Below are positions 61,734 through 64,000 of a stretch of 64,000 bases of DNA, piece by piece. The position numbers were made by a program, and so were the translations under genes. The stretch's first letter is position 1. Each line of letters starts with the position of its first letter. Source of the stretch: Octopus sinensis (lineage: Eukaryota); the NCBI RefSeq assembly GCF_006345805.1, contig NC_043017.1, forward strand, positions 25,172,001 to 25,236,000, given 5' to 3'. Under the pieces are notes generated by a model. It worked only from the letters and a program-made list of their open reading frames with translations, was not told the origin of the DNA and did not search any database.

Positions 61734-63715
61734 GTATGTATATTGTTTATGTTGCTAGAAATAACAGCTAAATCTCCTTCCTTCAAAACTTCCCTACCAC
61801 AATTTTGTTAAAAAAAAAAGAAAGAAAGAAAAAAGGAGGCTGTATAGCATAACTTAGTGGTCCTAGTTTACAGTGTTGATGAAATAAGATACGGGATGGT
61901 CACGTTGAGAACGTCTTTGATTATGTCTGCTCGAACAGAGCCAAGCTGAGGCAGGTTTTGTTGCCACTAGCAGAATCACATCTTCAGTTCCAAATTCTTT
62001 CTTTCCCTAATCGCTATTATCATTTATATTAATTATAATTATCTGCACAAAAACTTTTCACTAAATTTGGCTGATATTTTAATCAAAGATTTTAGATAAA
62101 AATTAAAATCCAGTCTGTTCCATTTGTCGAGTGGAATGAAAAGAAAAAAAGTACCATTGTTTCGGACACTTGTCCTTTTTAGGGAAGATCACAAAATATA
62201 TTTGCTTCTTAGTAACCACAGGATTAACTTTAACCTCTCACTTGCTTTCTATTCTCCCAATATATTCGCATATACATTTATATTTTCATCCCTGAAGGAA
62301 GACAAGTGTCCGAAGCGTTGAAGTGTTCATCCCCCACCCCTGATATTCGATTTATTTATTTATTTATTTTTTTATCTACAAACTTTTATGGAGTTAATTT
62401 TGGGTCGATGCCGCAGACGACCATAAATTTCCTTACATTCCGGATCTTACAACTCACACGCACCTATTATTCATCTACAAGTTGTTTTGTCTCCCACAAG
62501 TTGGCCCTGGTGAAACAGATCTCTGATGAAAAGCCTTCCTGCTGTGACAATCCACCCTCATATTTTATAGGGGGTATTTTGTTTATGTCTAGGTTGATGT
62601 ATAATCTATATATGTCCGTTTTTCTGTGTTTAAATCCTCTTTTGTTTTATACAACAGCAGAGATTGTCTCTCTGTAATATGTATTGTTCATGTTGCTAGA
62701 AATAACAGCTAAATCTCCCTCCTTCAAAACTTCCCTACCACAGTTTTGTTAATAAATATCCACCCCGCCTCCCAATTTTCGTAAAAATTATTAAGGTCTC
62801 TTCCTGCATCAAGTAAAGGAATTTATTGTAATTAAAGAAAACAAAATGCTGTTTGTATCCATATAATTCTTTCTTCTTCGCCATGGTTTCGAACAAGCTT
62901 TAAAAAAAAAAAAAGTTTACGATCGTGGCTAAAATGCTTCACCCTGCTTCTTCCGACTCTTCATGCTGTGAGTTCAAATCACGTTGAGGTCATCCATTGC
63001 CCCTTTTTGCGGTTCTGTAAACTAAAGTACCTACCAATCAGGATATCATCTGCCCATTTTCGTTGACTACTTGTGTCTATATTTAGAAACAATCTCACTA
63101 TGTCCACCCCCCCTCATTTTCCAATCCCCCCAAGTCCCACGCCATAAAAAATTAAGTATATCCGGCTCTTTATTTTAAGCTGACAGAGCATACGATGGAA
63201 ATTTAGCTGCTGTTTCTATTTCCTTGTTGATTTATATTTTCATCGACAATTTGCCATTGCTGAGACCTAGAATACCTCTGATTGATCAAAGGTGTTCCAA
63301 TCATGACCATCACAGCCTGTTCCTTGACATAGTGCATCCAGGACCAACATTAGTCAATATACAAGGGGGTGCTGAAAAGTTCCTGGCTTTGAGTAAAAGA
63401 AAATACAGGAGGATCAGTTAATTATGATTTTATCCAACATATTCTCCCACCTCTCAGATTCACACGCTTATTGCAGCGGTCCTTAAGTTTTCCGAAACCC
63501 TGTGAAAGAACTCAGAAGGTTGGGTTTCTAACCAGACCTTTCGCAACACCCTTAACCCTTTAGCATTTAAACCGGCCATATCTGACCAAAATATTCTCCC
63601 CTGTTTTATGTCCAAATTGGCCAGATCTGGCCTCTTACACCAACCCTACAATATTGTTTTAAAAATGAATAGTTACTTCATCAAAATCTCAAAGCTACAA
63701 GATAAATGCAGGATT

Positions 63716-64000
63716 CAGGAGTGGCTGTGTGGTAAGTAGCTTGCTAACCAACCACATGGTTCCGGGTTCAGTCCCACTGCGTGGCATCTTGGGCAAGTGT
63801 CTTCTGCTATAGCCCCGGGCCGACCAATGCCTTGTGAGTGGATTTGGTAGACGGAAACTGAAAGAAACCTGTTGTATATATGTATATATATATATATGTA
63901 TGTGTATGTGTGTTTGTGTGTCTGTGTTTGTCCCCCTAGCATTGCTTGACAACTGATGCTGGTGTGTTTACGTCCCCGTCACTTAGCGGTTCGGCAAAAG
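63716..64000 (+). mobile_element. Composite SINE family A/B copy, cut by the window end
   Basis: CAGGAGTGGCTGTGTGGTAAG head and body as in 3220-3622. Confidence 0.85.

Overview
AT-rich, microsatellite- and SINE-dense animal genomic DNA. The repeat content and gene sequences point to an octopod cephalopod, probably Octopus (inference). I assembled three protein-coding genes by hand from GT-AG exons with consistent phases. (1) The 5' part of a complement C3-like thioester-protein gene on the minus strand: 9 exons, 361 codons, signal-peptide exon at 22977-23044, running off the left edge. (2) A complete 12-exon ANAPC2 gene on the minus strand (35472-53785) whose exon 3 is 1 nt short, giving an apparent frameshift. 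(3) A probable first coding exon of MAP3K7/TAK1 on the plus strand (61220-61267). The rest is a decayed U6 snRNA copy, a near-intact 5'-truncated RTE LINE with a PHD-type finger, CR1, R4/NeSL and Penelope-like fossils, at least four tRNA-derived SINE families, and Tc1/mariner, pogo, hAT, TTAA-type and Helentron-like MITEs. The most unusual structures are a 146/149-bp higher-order tandem array that reads as a C-to-T-decayed Pro/Arg-rich coding repeat, a multi-hairpin palindromic element at 56.1-56.7 kb, recurrent SINE junctions at GTATTT, and a small MITE with telomere-like internal repeats and a 6-bp TSD. All coordinates and alignments were made by eye; no searches were run.
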